Virus record (IMG/VR): IMGVR_UViG_2773857766_000004 | Span: 32,001-96,000 of that record | Direction: 5' to 3' (one strand) | Source: a virus | Taxonomy: Duplodnaviria; Caudoviricetes | DNA: 64,000 nucleotides | Shown here: one piece after another, positions 8,485-17,844 of the stretch | Numbering within the stretch: the stretch's first letter is position 1 | How the letters are laid out: each line of letters starts with the position of its first letter | Made by a program: the position numbers and the translations under genes | Notes under the pieces: model-generated | Databases searched by the model: none | Seen by the model: only the letters and a program-made list of their open reading frames with translations | What the model was told of the DNA's origin: nothing

Positions 8485-8880
8485 ATGAACCTCCGCCAGC
8501 TGAAGAAGCAGGACAGGCGCGCCGCCGCGCTGATGATCGGCGCGGGCGATTTCTCCCCTGACGCCTTTGGCCCCGGCCGCGATGGCCGCTGGCATGTCGA
8601 ATGGCGGTGCAGCTACGAATACGACGAGTGGGACAGTTGCCCAGCCTGGGAAAAGTGGATGGGCATGCGAGCGTGGGAGCACCCCAGCGCCTGCGCGTGG
8701 TACGGATTCGATGACCGCACGGGCGAGCCGATCCCAGAGGACCAGCGCCCGCGCGGCATGCGACCCCACGAGGCCCGCGAGTTCTACGCGCTGCGCGCCC
8801 CCGCCGGCTTCCGCTGGCGCGGCCGCCGCGTGGTGCCCGTGGACAAGCACGGCGCCATGGTGCGACGCGCAAGGCGCTGA
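8485..8880 (+). CDS. Hypothetical phage protein
   Basis: GAAGGA SD, ATG 8485; contains the W.CSYEYDEWD motif. Confidence 0.7.
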   Translation: MNLRQLKKQDRRAAALMIGAGDFSPDAFGPGRDGRWHVEWRCSYEYDEWDSCPAWEKWMGMRAWEHPSACAWYGFDDRTGEPIPEDQRPRGMRPHEAREFYALRAPAGFRWRGRRVVPVDKHGAMVRRARR

Positions 8881-9117
8881 ATCCCCGCCGCCGCGGCGGA
8901 CACCAGGATGATGAGGTGGAGGGGGTCGATCGCTATGAAGAGCTGCATACCGGTTCCTTTCAGAGCCCGCCGCCAGGTGAACAGCACCCAGTCCGGCGCG
9001 ACTTGTTCCCACTGTTCCACCAAATCTGAAAAACAGGCTGCGGCACGATTTCAGACTTGACAACCCACTGATACCACCTGGCCCGCCGCGAGCGGGCTTT
9101 TCCTTTTCGGAGCCCGC

Positions 9118-11127
9118 ATGAAGCGTGACGCCTTCACCCTCCCGCTCGCATTCCCCGGCGAGCTGATCATCGACAACTTCGCGGGCGGCGGCGGCACGTC
9201 AACCGGGCTGGAGGCCGCATTCGGCAGGCCCGTGGACATCGCCATCAACCACGACCCCGAGGCGCTGGCCATGCACGCCATCAACCACCCGCACACCCAG
9301 CACCTGTGCGAGAGCGTGTGGGATGTGGACCCGATCGCCGTGACCGGGAACCAGCCGGTGGGCCTCGTGTGGCTGTCGCCGGACTGCAAGCACTTCAGCA
9401 AGGCCAAGGGCGGCACGCCGGTGGCGAAGCACATCCGCGGCCTGGCCTGGGTGGGCATGCGCTGGGTGGCGCTCTGCAAGCCCCGCGTGCTCATGCTCGA
9501 GAACGTCGAGGAGTTCCAGACCTGGGGCCCGCTGCTGGTGGGAGCCGACGGCACCGCCCGCCCGGACCCCGCGCGCAAGGGTAAGACGTTCCAGAGCTTC
9601 GTGCGGCAGCTGCGCGCGCACGGGTACGCAGTGGACTGGCGCGAGCTGCGCGCCTGCGACAACGGCGCGCCGACGATCCGCAAGCGCCTGTTCTTGATCG
9701 CGCGCCGCGACGGCCTGCCGATCCAGTGGCCCGAGCAGACGCACGCCGCGCCCACCGATCGCCGCGTGCTCGCCGGAAAGCTGGCGCCCTACCGCACGGC
9801 GGCCGAGTGCATCGACTTCAGCCTGGAGGCGGCCAGCATCTTCGACCGCCCGCGGCCGCTGGCCATCAACACCCAGCGCCGCGTCGCTAAGGGCCTGTTC
9901 CGGCACGTCCTGACCAGCGCGGCCCCCTTCATCGTGGGCGTGGGCGGCAGGATGGGCCAGAGCCCCGCGCGCAGCGTGCACACGCCCGCGCAGACCATCA
10001 CGGCCAAGGCGGACAGCTGCATCGCGCAGCCGGTGCTGACGCCCTACATGGTCAATACCCGCAACGGCGAGCGCGCCGGCCAGCAGCCCCGCGTGCGCAG
10101 CGCCCAGGCGCCGTACTGGACGGTGACGGGCCTAGGATCACAGGGCGCGCTGGCGGCGCCGGTGATCGCCCCGCTACGCGGCACCAGCGAGCAGCACCTG
10201 CAGTGCGACGATGCCCGGGAGCCGCTTTCCACCGTGTCGGCCGGCGGCACGCACCACGCCCTGGCCGGCGCCGTGCTGGCGGCCGCGATCGTCACCAACA
10301 CGACCGGGCACCCGGGCGCGACGGCGGACACGCCGCTGGCGACCATCACCACCGGTGGCCACCATGCCATGGCGGCGATGCACATTACGAAGTTCAACAC
10401 GGGCTCCGTGGGTTCCGGCCTGGACGAGCCCCTGCGCACCGTCACGGCCGGAGGAACGCCCAGCCGCCCCAGCACCGGTATCCAGATGGGCATGGTGTCC
10501 GCGTTCCTGGAGCAGGCCAACGGCGGGTTCTACGACGGCGACGGCCGGCCCGTGGGAGCCCCGGCCAGCACCATCACCAGCAGCGGCGCGCAGCAGCGGC
10601 TGGTGACGGCCTACCTGGTCAAGTACTACAGCGAAGGCGGCCAGGACAGCGCCTGCGGCGCGCCGATGCACACCGTGCCGACCAAGGCCCGAATGGGCCT
10701 CGTGCAGACCGTGCAGGTGCCGGCCGACTGCCTGGCGCCGGAGCACCAGGCCCGCGCGCGGCAGTGCGCCGAGCTGCTGCACACGCACCTGCCCGAGCAG
10801 TTTCCCGACCCGGCCGGCCTGGTGCTGATGCAACACGCTGGCCAGTGGTGGGTGCTGGTGGACATCACGCTGCGCATGCTCAAGCCGGTGGAGCTGTTCC
10901 GCGCCCAGGGCTTCCCCGAGGACTACGTGATCCACGAGATCCCAGACCCTGCCCTGCTCTTCGCGGGCGGGAAGCAGGCGGCACATCCGCTCGAGGTGCC
11001 GCGCATCCCGCTCACCGCCACGGCGCAGGTCCGCATGTGCGGCAACAGCGTCAGCCCGCCGCAGGCCGAGGCCCTGGTCCGCGCCAACTTCGGACACGAG
11101 ACGGCCTGGATGGCCGTCGCCGCATGA
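9118..11127 (+). CDS. Phage C5 cytosine DNA methyltransferase
   Basis: DNFAGGGG (I), SPDC (IV variant), ENVEEF (VI), RKRLF (VIII), CGNSV (X). Confidence 0.93.
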   Translation: MKRDAFTLPLAFPGELIIDNFAGGGGTSTGLEAAFGRPVDIAINHDPEALAMHAINHPHTQHLCESVWDVDPIAVTGNQPVGLVWLSPDCKHFSKAKGGTPVAKHIRGLAWVGMRWVALCKPRVLMLENVEEFQTWGPLLVGADGTARPDPARKGKTFQSFVRQLRAHGYAVDWRELRACDNGAPTIRKRLFLIARRDGLPIQWPEQTHAAPTDRRVLAGKLAPYRTAAECIDFSLEAASIFDRPRPLAINTQRRVAKGLFRHVLTSAAPFIVGVGGRMGQSPARSVHTPAQTITAKADSCIAQPVLTPYMVNTRNGERAGQQPRVRSAQAPYWTVTGLGSQGALAAPVIAPLRGTSEQHLQCDDAREPLSTVSAGGTHHALAGAVLAAAIVTNTTGHPGATADTPLATITTGGHHAMAAMHITKFNTGSVGSGLDEPLRTVTAGGTPSRPSTGIQMGMVSAFLEQANGGFYDGDGRPVGAPASTITSSGAQQRLVTAYLVKYYSEGGQDSACGAPMHTVPTKARMGLVQTVQVPADCLAPEHQARARQCAELLHTHLPEQFPDPAGLVLMQHAGQWWVLVDITLRMLKPVELFRAQGFPEDYVIHEIPDPALLFAGGKQAAHPLEVPRIPLTATAQVRMCGNSVSPPQAEALVRANFGHETAWMAVAA

Positions 11128-11164
11128 CCCCGCCCCACAGGGCACCACAACACAGGAGGCCGCA

Positions 11165-11557
11165 ATGGCTGAATACCTCATCGCCCACGTCGGGCACACC
11201 GGAAAGTGGGACGAGCATATTTGCTGGTGGAAGCCTGAGAGCAAGGGCTACACGATCTGCACCGCGAAGGCTGGCCGGTACACCGCCGAGAAGGCGCGGG
11301 AAATCTGCACCAGCTCCGAGTGCATCGCCGTGCCAGCAGAAGCGGCCGAAGGCCTGGCACGCACGACACCCTACTTCTGGCAGTCCAACGGCTCGCTCGC
11401 GAAGCTCTACGACGGAGGACCGCATACCCCCGTCGAGAACAGCAGCAGGGCCTGGACCAAGCTCAAGGCTGATGCCCTGGTCATCGGGAAGTACGCCAAG
11501 CCCACGCCCATGGCGCCGTCCCGCGCGCGGGCAATCTACCTGGAGCCCCAGCCGTGA
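11165..11557 (+). CDS. Hypothetical phage protein
   Basis: GGAGG SD; WW.P...GYT.C...AGRY motif common in phage early proteins. Confidence 0.75.
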   Translation: MAEYLIAHVGHTGKWDEHICWWKPESKGYTICTAKAGRYTAEKAREICTSSECIAVPAEAAEGLARTTPYFWQSNGSLAKLYDGGPHTPVENSSRAWTKLKADALVIGKYAKPTPMAPSRARAIYLEPQP

Positions 11558-12201
11558 AGGAGCGCCCCATCCTCTTCAGCGCGCCCATGGTGCGCGCCCT
11601 GCTCGCGGGGTCGAAGACCCAGACGCGACGGCCCCTCAAGCCCCAGCCAGCACCGAACCATCCTCATGACGGCGGCACGAAATGGGTGCTGAAAGACGGG
11701 CTGCATGTGCCCGTCGGCAGCGTCGGGCACCTCTCCGTGCGCGAGAAGCAGGGGCTGCGCTGCCCCTACGGCCAGCCGGGCGACCGGCTCTGGGTGCGCG
11801 AGGCCTGGCGCACTGTTGCCGAGGCCGATGCACTTCCGCCTCGCGACCTGAACGAAGCGCACCGCATCTGGAATGAGGCCGATGCGCCGCATCAGCCGGG
11901 CGCGGGCAAGCTACGCCCGGGCATGTTCATGCCCCGCTGGGCCAGCCGCATCACGCTGGAGATCACGGCCGTGCGCGTCGAGCGCCTGCAGGACATCAGC
12001 CGCGAGGACGCCATGGCCGAGGGCATCGTCATCCAGCCCGATGGCGGCTACGGCCTCGCCGACACCACCCACTACCACGCCACCGACCCGCGGCAGAGCT
12101 ATTTCTCGCTGTGGGAAGCCATCAACGGCCCGGGCAGCGTCGAGGCCAACCCCTGGGTGTGGGCCGTGACGTTCCCCGCGGTGGGCCCAGGCCATGGGTA
12201 G
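11554..12201 (+). CDS. ASCH-like phage protein (ERPILF...KTQTRR family)
   Basis: MKERPILFSAPMVRALLAGSKTQTRR, CPYGQPGDRLWVRE, MPRWASRI, NPWVW. Confidence 0.88.
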   Translation: MKERPILFSAPMVRALLAGSKTQTRRPLKPQPAPNHPHDGGTKWVLKDGLHVPVGSVGHLSVREKQGLRCPYGQPGDRLWVREAWRTVAEADALPPRDLNEAHRIWNEADAPHQPGAGKLRPGMFMPRWASRITLEITAVRVERLQDISREDAMAEGIVIQPDGGYGLADTTHYHATDPRQSYFSLWEAINGPGSVEANPWVWAVTFPAVGPGHG

Positions 12202-12412
12202 GCGCCGCCGCTTCCGCTGGACCCGGAAGACCTACCGGGAGGCCCACCGCGCCGCCCGGGTCTTCGACGGCTACGGCTTCATGTACCACGACGAGCCGCC
12301 GATGGTGGCCCGATTCCGTGAGCTGTGGGAAGCACACCCCCAGCACGAAGACCCTCTCACCCGACCACTTTGGGCGCGCCGGCCGCCCGGCGATGACGAC
12401 GTCCCTTTCTGA
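12194..12412 (+). CDS. Hypothetical protein
   Basis: Overlaps the upstream stop in operon fashion; ends DDDVPF. Confidence 0.6.
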   Translation: MGRRRRFRWTRKTYREAHRAARVFDGYGFMYHDEPPMVARFRELWEAHPQHEDPLTRPLWARRPPGDDDVPF

Positions 12413-12421
12413 AGGATCAAC

Positions 12422-12646
12422 ATGACCACCAATACCGACACCACCGACCACACCGCCGCCCGCACCACCTGGGTGGAGCAATGCGCAGCCCGATTCATTT
12501 TCCGAGGCGGCCTCGATGCCGCCGGGGCGACGGATTTCGCGGAAGCCTGCGCCGAGCAAGAGGCCGACATCAACGGCCCGGACCCAGCCGAATGGGAGAA
12601 GCCGGAAGACGTCGCCGACGAAGACATGAGCTGCTGGGGAGAATGA
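12422..12646 (+). CDS. Small acidic hypothetical protein
   Basis: AAGGA SD; ends PEDVADEDMSCW. Confidence 0.7.
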   Translation: MTTNTDTTDHTAARTTWVEQCAARFIFRGGLDAAGATDFAEACAEQEADINGPDPAEWEKPEDVADEDMSCWGE

Positions 12647-13899
12647 GCATGGACACCAACAACACGGCCGCCCGCGGGGCGGCATCCCAGCCCGATGCGC
12701 TGCGTCTGGCAGACGCCTTGGCCGAGCAAGCAGAGGTCCACCAAGCGAATGCACGGGACTGGGATATGCGCCCAGAGGACACCGCAAACTGGCGGTACTA
12801 CGAGACGTGCAGAGACGCCGCCGCCCAGTTGCGAAGCCTGCACGCCCTCACCACCGCAGCCCCGGCCGCCCAGGAGGCCGAGCCCGCCTTGGACGACTCC
12901 GAGGTGGACGACCTCGCCCGTGGCGCGTTCGAGACCGCCATGTCCTACGGCGTGGATTTCGACGCCTTCCGGCGCCTCGCAATGGAGGTCCGCCGCCGCT
13001 GTGCCGCTGCGCTCCCCCAGGCGGATGCGGGAGCCACAGCGATTGCGTCCGACATCTCGGCTGATCTGGAGCGGAGCGACTGGACCGCAGAAGAGGCCCT
13101 GCGCTGGTACGCCGCCGGCAAGCACTACGACACCGTGCCCAACGGGGACGGCACCAGTAGCGCACGCATCCTCGACAACGGCGCCGTGGCGAGCAATGCG
13201 CTCAAGTCTCTCTCCCGCGAGTATGCCGAGCACAAGGGCGACGTGGCGCTGCAAGAGGTTGCAGCAGCGCCCCAGGCACCCGCCGCAGCCACCGCCGCGG
13301 CCCTGGAAAAGGCATGGCGTGCCGGCTGGGCCGCGTGCCGCGACGCGGAGTACGTCGGCGAAGCCGCCGAGGACGAGGCATGGGGCGCCAGCGCTACCAA
13401 TGGGCTCGCCGTCGACATCGAGCAGCAGGCGCCCGCCGCAGGGGCAGCGCCGAGCGATGCGGACACCGTGGACCTGGTGGGCGTTCGCGCAAGCGGCGAG
13501 CACGTCAACCTCGGCAAGATGCCAATGCCGCCCAGCATGAAAGCCCGGGACATCGCAACGTCGCAGTTCGGGGGCTTCCAGGACGGAGACGGCTCGGACG
13601 CTGAGCTGTGTTTCGGCGCGATGGAAGAACTGCTGTCGTGGCTCACCAAACAGGGCTGGGGTGCCGCTGCCCCTGCTCAGGAGGCAGCACCGCTGAGCTA
13701 TTCCGAGCTGCTGGAGATCCGGCGCGCAATGGATGACTTCGAGGACTGCGGCGAAACGGACGTGGACTACAGACTGCTGCTGCGAGCCGCACTGGCCGGC
13801 TATCTGGAGTGCATGCGGTTCCGGCCGCTGAACCAGTCGCTCTTGGACCTGGAAACCGCGATCGAAGCCGCCCGCGCGCGGAAGGAAGGCGGATCGTGA
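12643..13899 (+). CDS. Mosaic multi-domain early protein with Ala/Pro linkers
   Basis: ATGA overlap; short domains separated by AAPAAQ-type linkers; begins QPDALRLADAL. Confidence 0.75.
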   Translation: MSMDTNNTAARGAASQPDALRLADALAEQAEVHQANARDWDMRPEDTANWRYYETCRDAAAQLRSLHALTTAAPAAQEAEPALDDSEVDDLARGAFETAMSYGVDFDAFRRLAMEVRRRCAAALPQADAGATAIASDISADLERSDWTAEEALRWYAAGKHYDTVPNGDGTSSARILDNGAVASNALKSLSREYAEHKGDVALQEVAAAPQAPAAATAAALEKAWRAGWAACRDAEYVGEAAEDEAWGASATNGLAVDIEQQAPAAGAAPSDADTVDLVGVRASGEHVNLGKMPMPPSMKARDIATSQFGGFQDGDGSDAELCFGAMEELLSWLTKQGWGAAAPAQEAAPLSYSELLEIRRAMDDFEDCGETDVDYRLLLRAALAGYLECMRFRPLNQSLLDLETAIEAARARKEGGS

Positions 13900-14099
13900 A
13901 GAGCCCCACCAAGGGCCGCCCTCGCCTCACCTTCGCCGACCTCGCCGACCTCGCCGTCGTGCGGTGCATGGTCTGCTACAAGGACAAGCCAGAGGAGGGC
14001 GCCCGCCCCTTCCGGGCCCACAGCGTCTGCGCGGACTGCGTGCGCCAGGTTCACCAGCGCGCCGCGGCCCGGGCCAACGCGCCCGCGCCGCCGGGATAG
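13896..14099 (+). CDS. Small Zn-ribbon protein
   Basis: GTGA overlap; CMVC...CADC. Confidence 0.65.
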   Translation: MKSPTKGRPRLTFADLADLAVVRCMVCYKDKPEEGARPFRAHSVCADCVRQVHQRAAARANAPAPPG

Positions 14100-14203
14100 C
14101 CCCGGCGCACCCCACAACCCAGCCCGCCACCCGGCGGGCTTTCTTCTTTCCGTGGCTCTACCGCCACAATTGCCCGCCTTCCGGGGCGCGCCTGGAGACC
14201 CGC

Positions 14204-14446
14204 ATGGAACCCGACCTTTCCGACGATGAGATCGACCGCATCTGCGCCGGCCTGACCCAGAGCGCGGCGAAGGTGCGCTACCTGCGCACCCTGGGTCTGC
14301 GCGTGGACCGCCGGCCGAATGGCCGACCGCTGGTGGCGCGCGCCGAGTGGGAGCGCCACTACGCCAATCGCCAGGCGCCGCAGTCCGTAGCCAACCCGGC
14401 GCCGCCCAGCAACGGGCCGCGCTGGAAAACCGCAGGGGTGGGGTAA
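14204..14446 (+). CDS. DUF4224 family protein, probable excisionase/RDF
   Basis: LSDDEIDRIC...Q.AAKVRYL..LG...RPNGRPLV, immediately upstream of the integrase. Confidence 0.8.
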   Translation: MEPDLSDDEIDRICAGLTQSAAKVRYLRTLGLRVDRRPNGRPLVARAEWERHYANRQAPQSVANPAPPSNGPRWKTAGVG

Positions 14447-14452
14447 CGCAGG

Positions 14453-15523
14453 ATGGGAAGAACACGCGACCGAGCCAGCGCCGCTGGCCTCTTGCCCCGC
14501 ATGGAAGCGCGCCCGTGGTCGGACGGAAAGACCGTCACCTATCGCTACCACCCGGTGGGCAAGCGGCCGATCAACCTGGGCACGGACATGGCTGCCGCGC
14601 TGCGCAAGGTCTTGGACATGAACGGGCAGCCGGGCGGTGGCCCCGATCCCACCGGCACGCTGCGCTGGGTATGGGAGAGCTTCAAGGCCAACAGCCCGCG
14701 GTGGAAAAAGTACGCGCAGACCACGCGGGACGACTACGAGATGGCATGGAAGCAGCTGGACGATCGGCTGGGCCACATGCATGTCGGCGAGATCACCACG
14801 GCCATCGTCGCCCGCTACATCCACGTGGAGCGGGCGGACGCTCCGCGGCGGGCTGATATCGAGAAGAGCCTGCTGTCTCGCCTCTTCGGCCACGCCATCA
14901 TCCTCGGCCTGTGCGCGGTGAATCCCACCACAGGCGTCGAGCCTCACGGTAGCGAGTCGCGCACGGTGGCGGTCAATCCCGCCGTGCTGGGCCGCTTCCT
15001 GGCTTGGCTGGAAGAGCAGACGCCTCAGCGCCGGATCATCGGCATGGCCGCCGAGTATGCGAGCTTGGCAGGTAATCGGAAGGTGGAGTTTCTGCCGCTG
15101 CGCTGGACGCAGATCGACGAGGTGGCAGGGGAAGTTCGGAGCCCGCGCGCCAAGCAGCGCGGAAAGATGCGGGGCGAGGTGATCGAGGTCATCAGGATCA
15201 CCCCGAACCTGCAGAGGCTGATCGACCGCCTCAAGGCGCTGCGCGCTCAACGCGGCGTGGACTGCCTCTACGTCTTCCCGACCCGAGACAACAACGCCTA
15301 CACCGCCCGGGGTTTCAAGACCCTCTGGCAGCGCTGCGTGCTGCTGGCGATCGAGCAGGGAGTGATCTTGAAGGAAGACCGGTTCACCTTCCACGACCTT
15401 CGCGCCTACTACGCCACGATGCACAAGAAGGACCGCGGACACCTGCCTGACATGCACAAAAATGCAGCAGTCACGGCCCAGGTTTACGACCGCTCAAGGG
15501 AGGTCCCGCGCGAGGCCCTTTGA
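14453..15523 (+). CDS. int: Tyrosine integrase
   Basis: GNR, FTFHDLRA, MH...T..VYDR catalytic residues; N-terminal arm-binding region. Confidence 0.93.
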   Translation: MGRTRDRASAAGLLPRMEARPWSDGKTVTYRYHPVGKRPINLGTDMAAALRKVLDMNGQPGGGPDPTGTLRWVWESFKANSPRWKKYAQTTRDDYEMAWKQLDDRLGHMHVGEITTAIVARYIHVERADAPRRADIEKSLLSRLFGHAIILGLCAVNPTTGVEPHGSESRTVAVNPAVLGRFLAWLEEQTPQRRIIGMAAEYASLAGNRKVEFLPLRWTQIDEVAGEVRSPRAKQRGKMRGEVIEVIRITPNLQRLIDRLKALRAQRGVDCLYVFPTRDNNAYTARGFKTLWQRCVLLAIEQGVILKEDRFTFHDLRAYYATMHKKDRGHLPDMHKNAAVTAQVYDRSREVPREAL

Positions 15524-15528
15524 GACAA

Positions 15529-15589
15529 TATTCCCACCGTGGGAATAAAACGAGAAAGCCGCTACAACTTTAATAGCTGCAGCGGCTTT
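15529..15589. promoter_or_regulatory. att-arm inverted repeat and tRNA-His terminator hairpin
   Basis: TATTCCCAC-C-GTGGGAATA (15529-15547); AAAGCCGCT...AGCGGCTTT (15555-15589). Confidence 0.6.
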
Positions 15590-15596
15590 GCTTATC

Positions 15597-15673
15597 TGGG
15601 GTGGCTGATGGGACTCGAACCCACGACGACAGGAATCACAATCCTGGACTCTACCAACTGAGCTACAGCCACC
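15597..15673 (-). tRNA. tRNA-His (GTG), intact; att site of prophage A
   Basis: GGTGGCTGTAGCTCAGTTGGTAGAG...GATTGTGATTC...GGTTCGAGTCCC...CCA; TATAAT upstream at 15684-15689. Confidence 0.97.
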
Positions 15674-15724
15674 GTAGCCTTGAATTATAGCCGGATAAAA
15701 ACCCCTCCGGCCATGTTCACAGCA

Positions 15725-17653
15725 TCAATTTTCCGCGGCGGGGGTGCCGTCGCCCGTCGGGCGGGCCACCTTGAACTGGACCTTGAAGCGATCCTTGAGC
15801 AGTTCGTAGTAGGCCATGGCCTCGGCCTGGGCCTCGGCTTCGGCGTACTGCTGATGCTGCTGGCGGGCCACGGCCGGGTCCGACGGGTCGCGCGGCACGA
15901 TGCGGGTCACCTTGACGACGGCGTAGCCCTGGGCGCCCAGGGGGGTGCCGGCGAAAGCGGGCAGCGTGTCGGCATTCACCTGCAGGGCGGCGTCCACCAC
16001 GGGGCGCGGCTGGCCTTCGGGCTTGTCGCGCGAGATGGTGACGAGGTTGCCCAGGCCGGTGGCGCTGGCCGGCGCGGCCTTCCAGGCGGCCAGCCTGGCC
16101 TCGCCTTCCTTGCGTGCCAGTTCGGCGGAGCGATCGGCCACGAACAGCTCGCGCACGCGGGCCTTCACCTGGTCGAAGGCCGGGGTGGAAGCCGGCGTGT
16201 AGGCAGCGACGCGGCCGGCCACCAGGGTGCTGGGCGCCGTTTCGATGGCTTCGGTGTTGCGCTTGTTCTGCACGGAGTCGGCGGCGAACAGCGCCTCCAG
16301 GAAGCGGCCGTTGGCCAGCGGGCCCTGGGCGCCGGGCAGCGGCGTGCGCGCGACGCCGCTGGCTGTCTGCACCTTCAGCTTGAGCTTGTCGGCCACGGGC
16401 TGCAGGCTGTCCGCCTGCTCGTACACGGTGTTGGAGAACACCTCGGCCAGTTCGGCGAACTTGCGTTGCGCCTGCTGCTGCTTGGCTTCCGTCTCCAGCT
16501 TGGCACGCACTTCCTCGAAGGTCGGCTGCCTGGGCGTCTTGACGTCGTTGAGCTGGATGATGTGGTAGCCGTACTCGCTTTCCACCAGGTCGCTGATGTC
16601 GCCCTTCTTCATCGAGAAGGCGGCGTCCTCGAACGGCTTGACCATGTCGCCGCGCTTGAAGAAGCCGAGGTCGCCGCCGGAGGGCGCGGAGCCGGTGTCC
16701 TGCGAATTCTTGCGGGCCACCTCTGCGAAGGTGCCGGGCGCCTTGCGCACCTGCTCCAGCAGCGCCTGCGCGCGGGCCCTGGCCTTCTCGCGGTCGGCGG
16801 CGGGGGCGTCCTTGGGGGCATTGATCAGGATGTGGCTGGCGCGGCGCTCTTCCTTGCCGGCGAGGCGCTCCAGGTTTTCCTTGTAGTAGCTGCGCAGGTC
16901 GTCCTCGCTCAGCGTGATGCTGGCGCGCACGGCGTCCAGGTCGAGCACCACGTACTGCACGTCCGCATGCTCGGGCTGGCGGAACTGCGCTTCGTGGGCC
17001 TTGTAGTAGGACTGCAGTTCGTCGTCGGTGGGCGCGACCTTGGCGGCGAAGTCCTTGGCGTCGAAACGGGCGACCTGGATCTCGCGGCGCTGGTAGAGCG
17101 CGTCCAGCGCGAGGCGCGCCGGCTCCTGGCCAGCGAACGCGGAGCCCAGCACGCCGCCCATCACCTGGCTGAGGGAGAGTTCGCGGCGTACGTTGGATTC
17201 GAAGCCCTCGGGCGTGAGGCCCTGCGAGCCCACCAGTGCGCGATAGGCCTCTGCGTCCAGCGAGCCATCGGGGCGCTTGAGCGCGGCGATGGCGGGAATG
17301 CCCTGCAGCGTGCGGGCCAGCTGGGCGTCGCTCGTGACCAGGTGCATCTTGACGGCGGCGGCCTGCATCACGCGGTCGCGCACCAGGCGCTCCAGCGTGG
17401 CGTAGCGGGCGCGGGGCGAATCCAGCAGCCTGGCATCGACCGAGGGCGACTGCGCGCGGATGCGGTCGGTTTCCATCCGGTGCGCGTTGTCCCAGTCATC
17501 CTGGGTGATGTCATGGCCATCCACGCGCGCCACCACGGCGCTCTTGCTGGTGAAGTAGTTCCGGTCGATGCCCACGAGCACAAACGACGGAATGATCAGC
17601 AAGAACAGCACGATCATGACGACCTTGGAGTGCTTGCGGATGGATTCGAACAT
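15725..17653 (-). CDS. ppiD: Periplasmic folding chaperone/parvulin PPIase PpiD (host gene)
   Basis: N-terminal TM, SurA-N domain, rotamase motifs RASHILI, SQDTGSA..GGDLG, ESEYGYHII; 642 aa. Confidence 0.93.
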   Translation of the reverse strand: MFESIRKHSKVVMIVLFLLIIPSFVLVGIDRNYFTSKSAVVARVDGHDITQDDWDNAHRMETDRIRAQSPSVDARLLDSPRARYATLERLVRDRVMQAAAVKMHLVTSDAQLARTLQGIPAIAALKRPDGSLDAEAYRALVGSQGLTPEGFESNVRRELSLSQVMGGVLGSAFAGQEPARLALDALYQRREIQVARFDAKDFAAKVAPTDDELQSYYKAHEAQFRQPEHADVQYVVLDLDAVRASITLSEDDLRSYYKENLERLAGKEERRASHILINAPKDAPAADREKARARAQALLEQVRKAPGTFAEVARKNSQDTGSAPSGGDLGFFKRGDMVKPFEDAAFSMKKGDISDLVESEYGYHIIQLNDVKTPRQPTFEEVRAKLETEAKQQQAQRKFAELAEVFSNTVYEQADSLQPVADKLKLKVQTASGVARTPLPGAQGPLANGRFLEALFAADSVQNKRNTEAIETAPSTLVAGRVAAYTPASTPAFDQVKARVRELFVADRSAELARKEGEARLAAWKAAPASATGLGNLVTISRDKPEGQPRPVVDAALQVNADTLPAFAGTPLGAQGYAVVKVTRIVPRDPSDPAVARQQHQQYAEAEAQAEAMAYYELLKDRFKVQFKVARPTGDGTPAAEN

Positions 17654-17681
17654 GGTTTCGATCTTTCAGTGGCGACAAAAG

Positions 17682-17707
17682 AAAAGGCGAACTCTCGTTC
17701 GCCTTTT
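17682..17707 (-). terminator. Hairpin terminator downstream of the tRNA-Val 3' end
   Basis: AAAAGGCGAAC-TCTC-GTTCGCCTTTT perfect stem. Confidence 0.8.
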
Positions 17708-17713
17708 GATCGG

Positions 17714-17760
17714 TGGTGGGTGCTGACGGGGTCGAACCGCCGACCTACGCCTTGTAAGGG
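17714..17760 (-). pseudogene. 3' half of tRNA-Val(TAC): att duplication marking the end of prophage B
   Basis: CCCTTACAAGGCGTAGGTCGGCGGTTCGACCCCGTCAGCACCCACCA; no D arm or 5' half present. Confidence 0.92.
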
Positions 17761-17777
17761 ATTAGACTACCCTTGCA

Positions 17778-17790
17778 AATCAATAGGTTA
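17778..17790 (+). promoter_or_regulatory. IHF binding site in the att arm
   Basis: AATCAATAGGTTA matches WATCAANNNNTTR, 17 nt from the att core. Confidence 0.8.
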
Positions 17791-17844
17791 GAAGCCTTGC
17801 CAACTAGCCAGTGCCACCCACGGCGGGCAACTTAGAATTTTACT

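Larger units (their letters stand above)
1..15596. mobile_element. Prophage A, right arm (immunity, early genes, integrase), integrated at tRNA-His; continues left of the window
   Basis: cI, pL promoter, phage early genes and an integrase ending 73 nt from the CCA end of an intact tRNA-His. Confidence 0.9.

Noticed and set aside
8784-9023. Minus-strand ORF with a hydrophobic stretch (possible small toxin)
   Set aside because: Overlaps the 3' end of the 8485-8880 gene and lacks a convincing SD; not supportable, though the 8880-9080 gap remains unexplained
3510-11127. Restriction-modification or BREX/DISARM-like system from two MTases plus a helicase
   Set aside because: No cognate nuclease or accessory genes; both are typical orphan phage early genes
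15725-17653. ppiD as a phage auxiliary gene
   Set aside because: It lies between two att-bearing tRNA loci in host-like context; best read as chromosomal unless the flanks show a circular hybrid
17714-17790. Complete tRNA-Val gene
   Set aside because: Similarity stops at the anticodon arm; no D arm or 5' acceptor strand, so it is an att duplication
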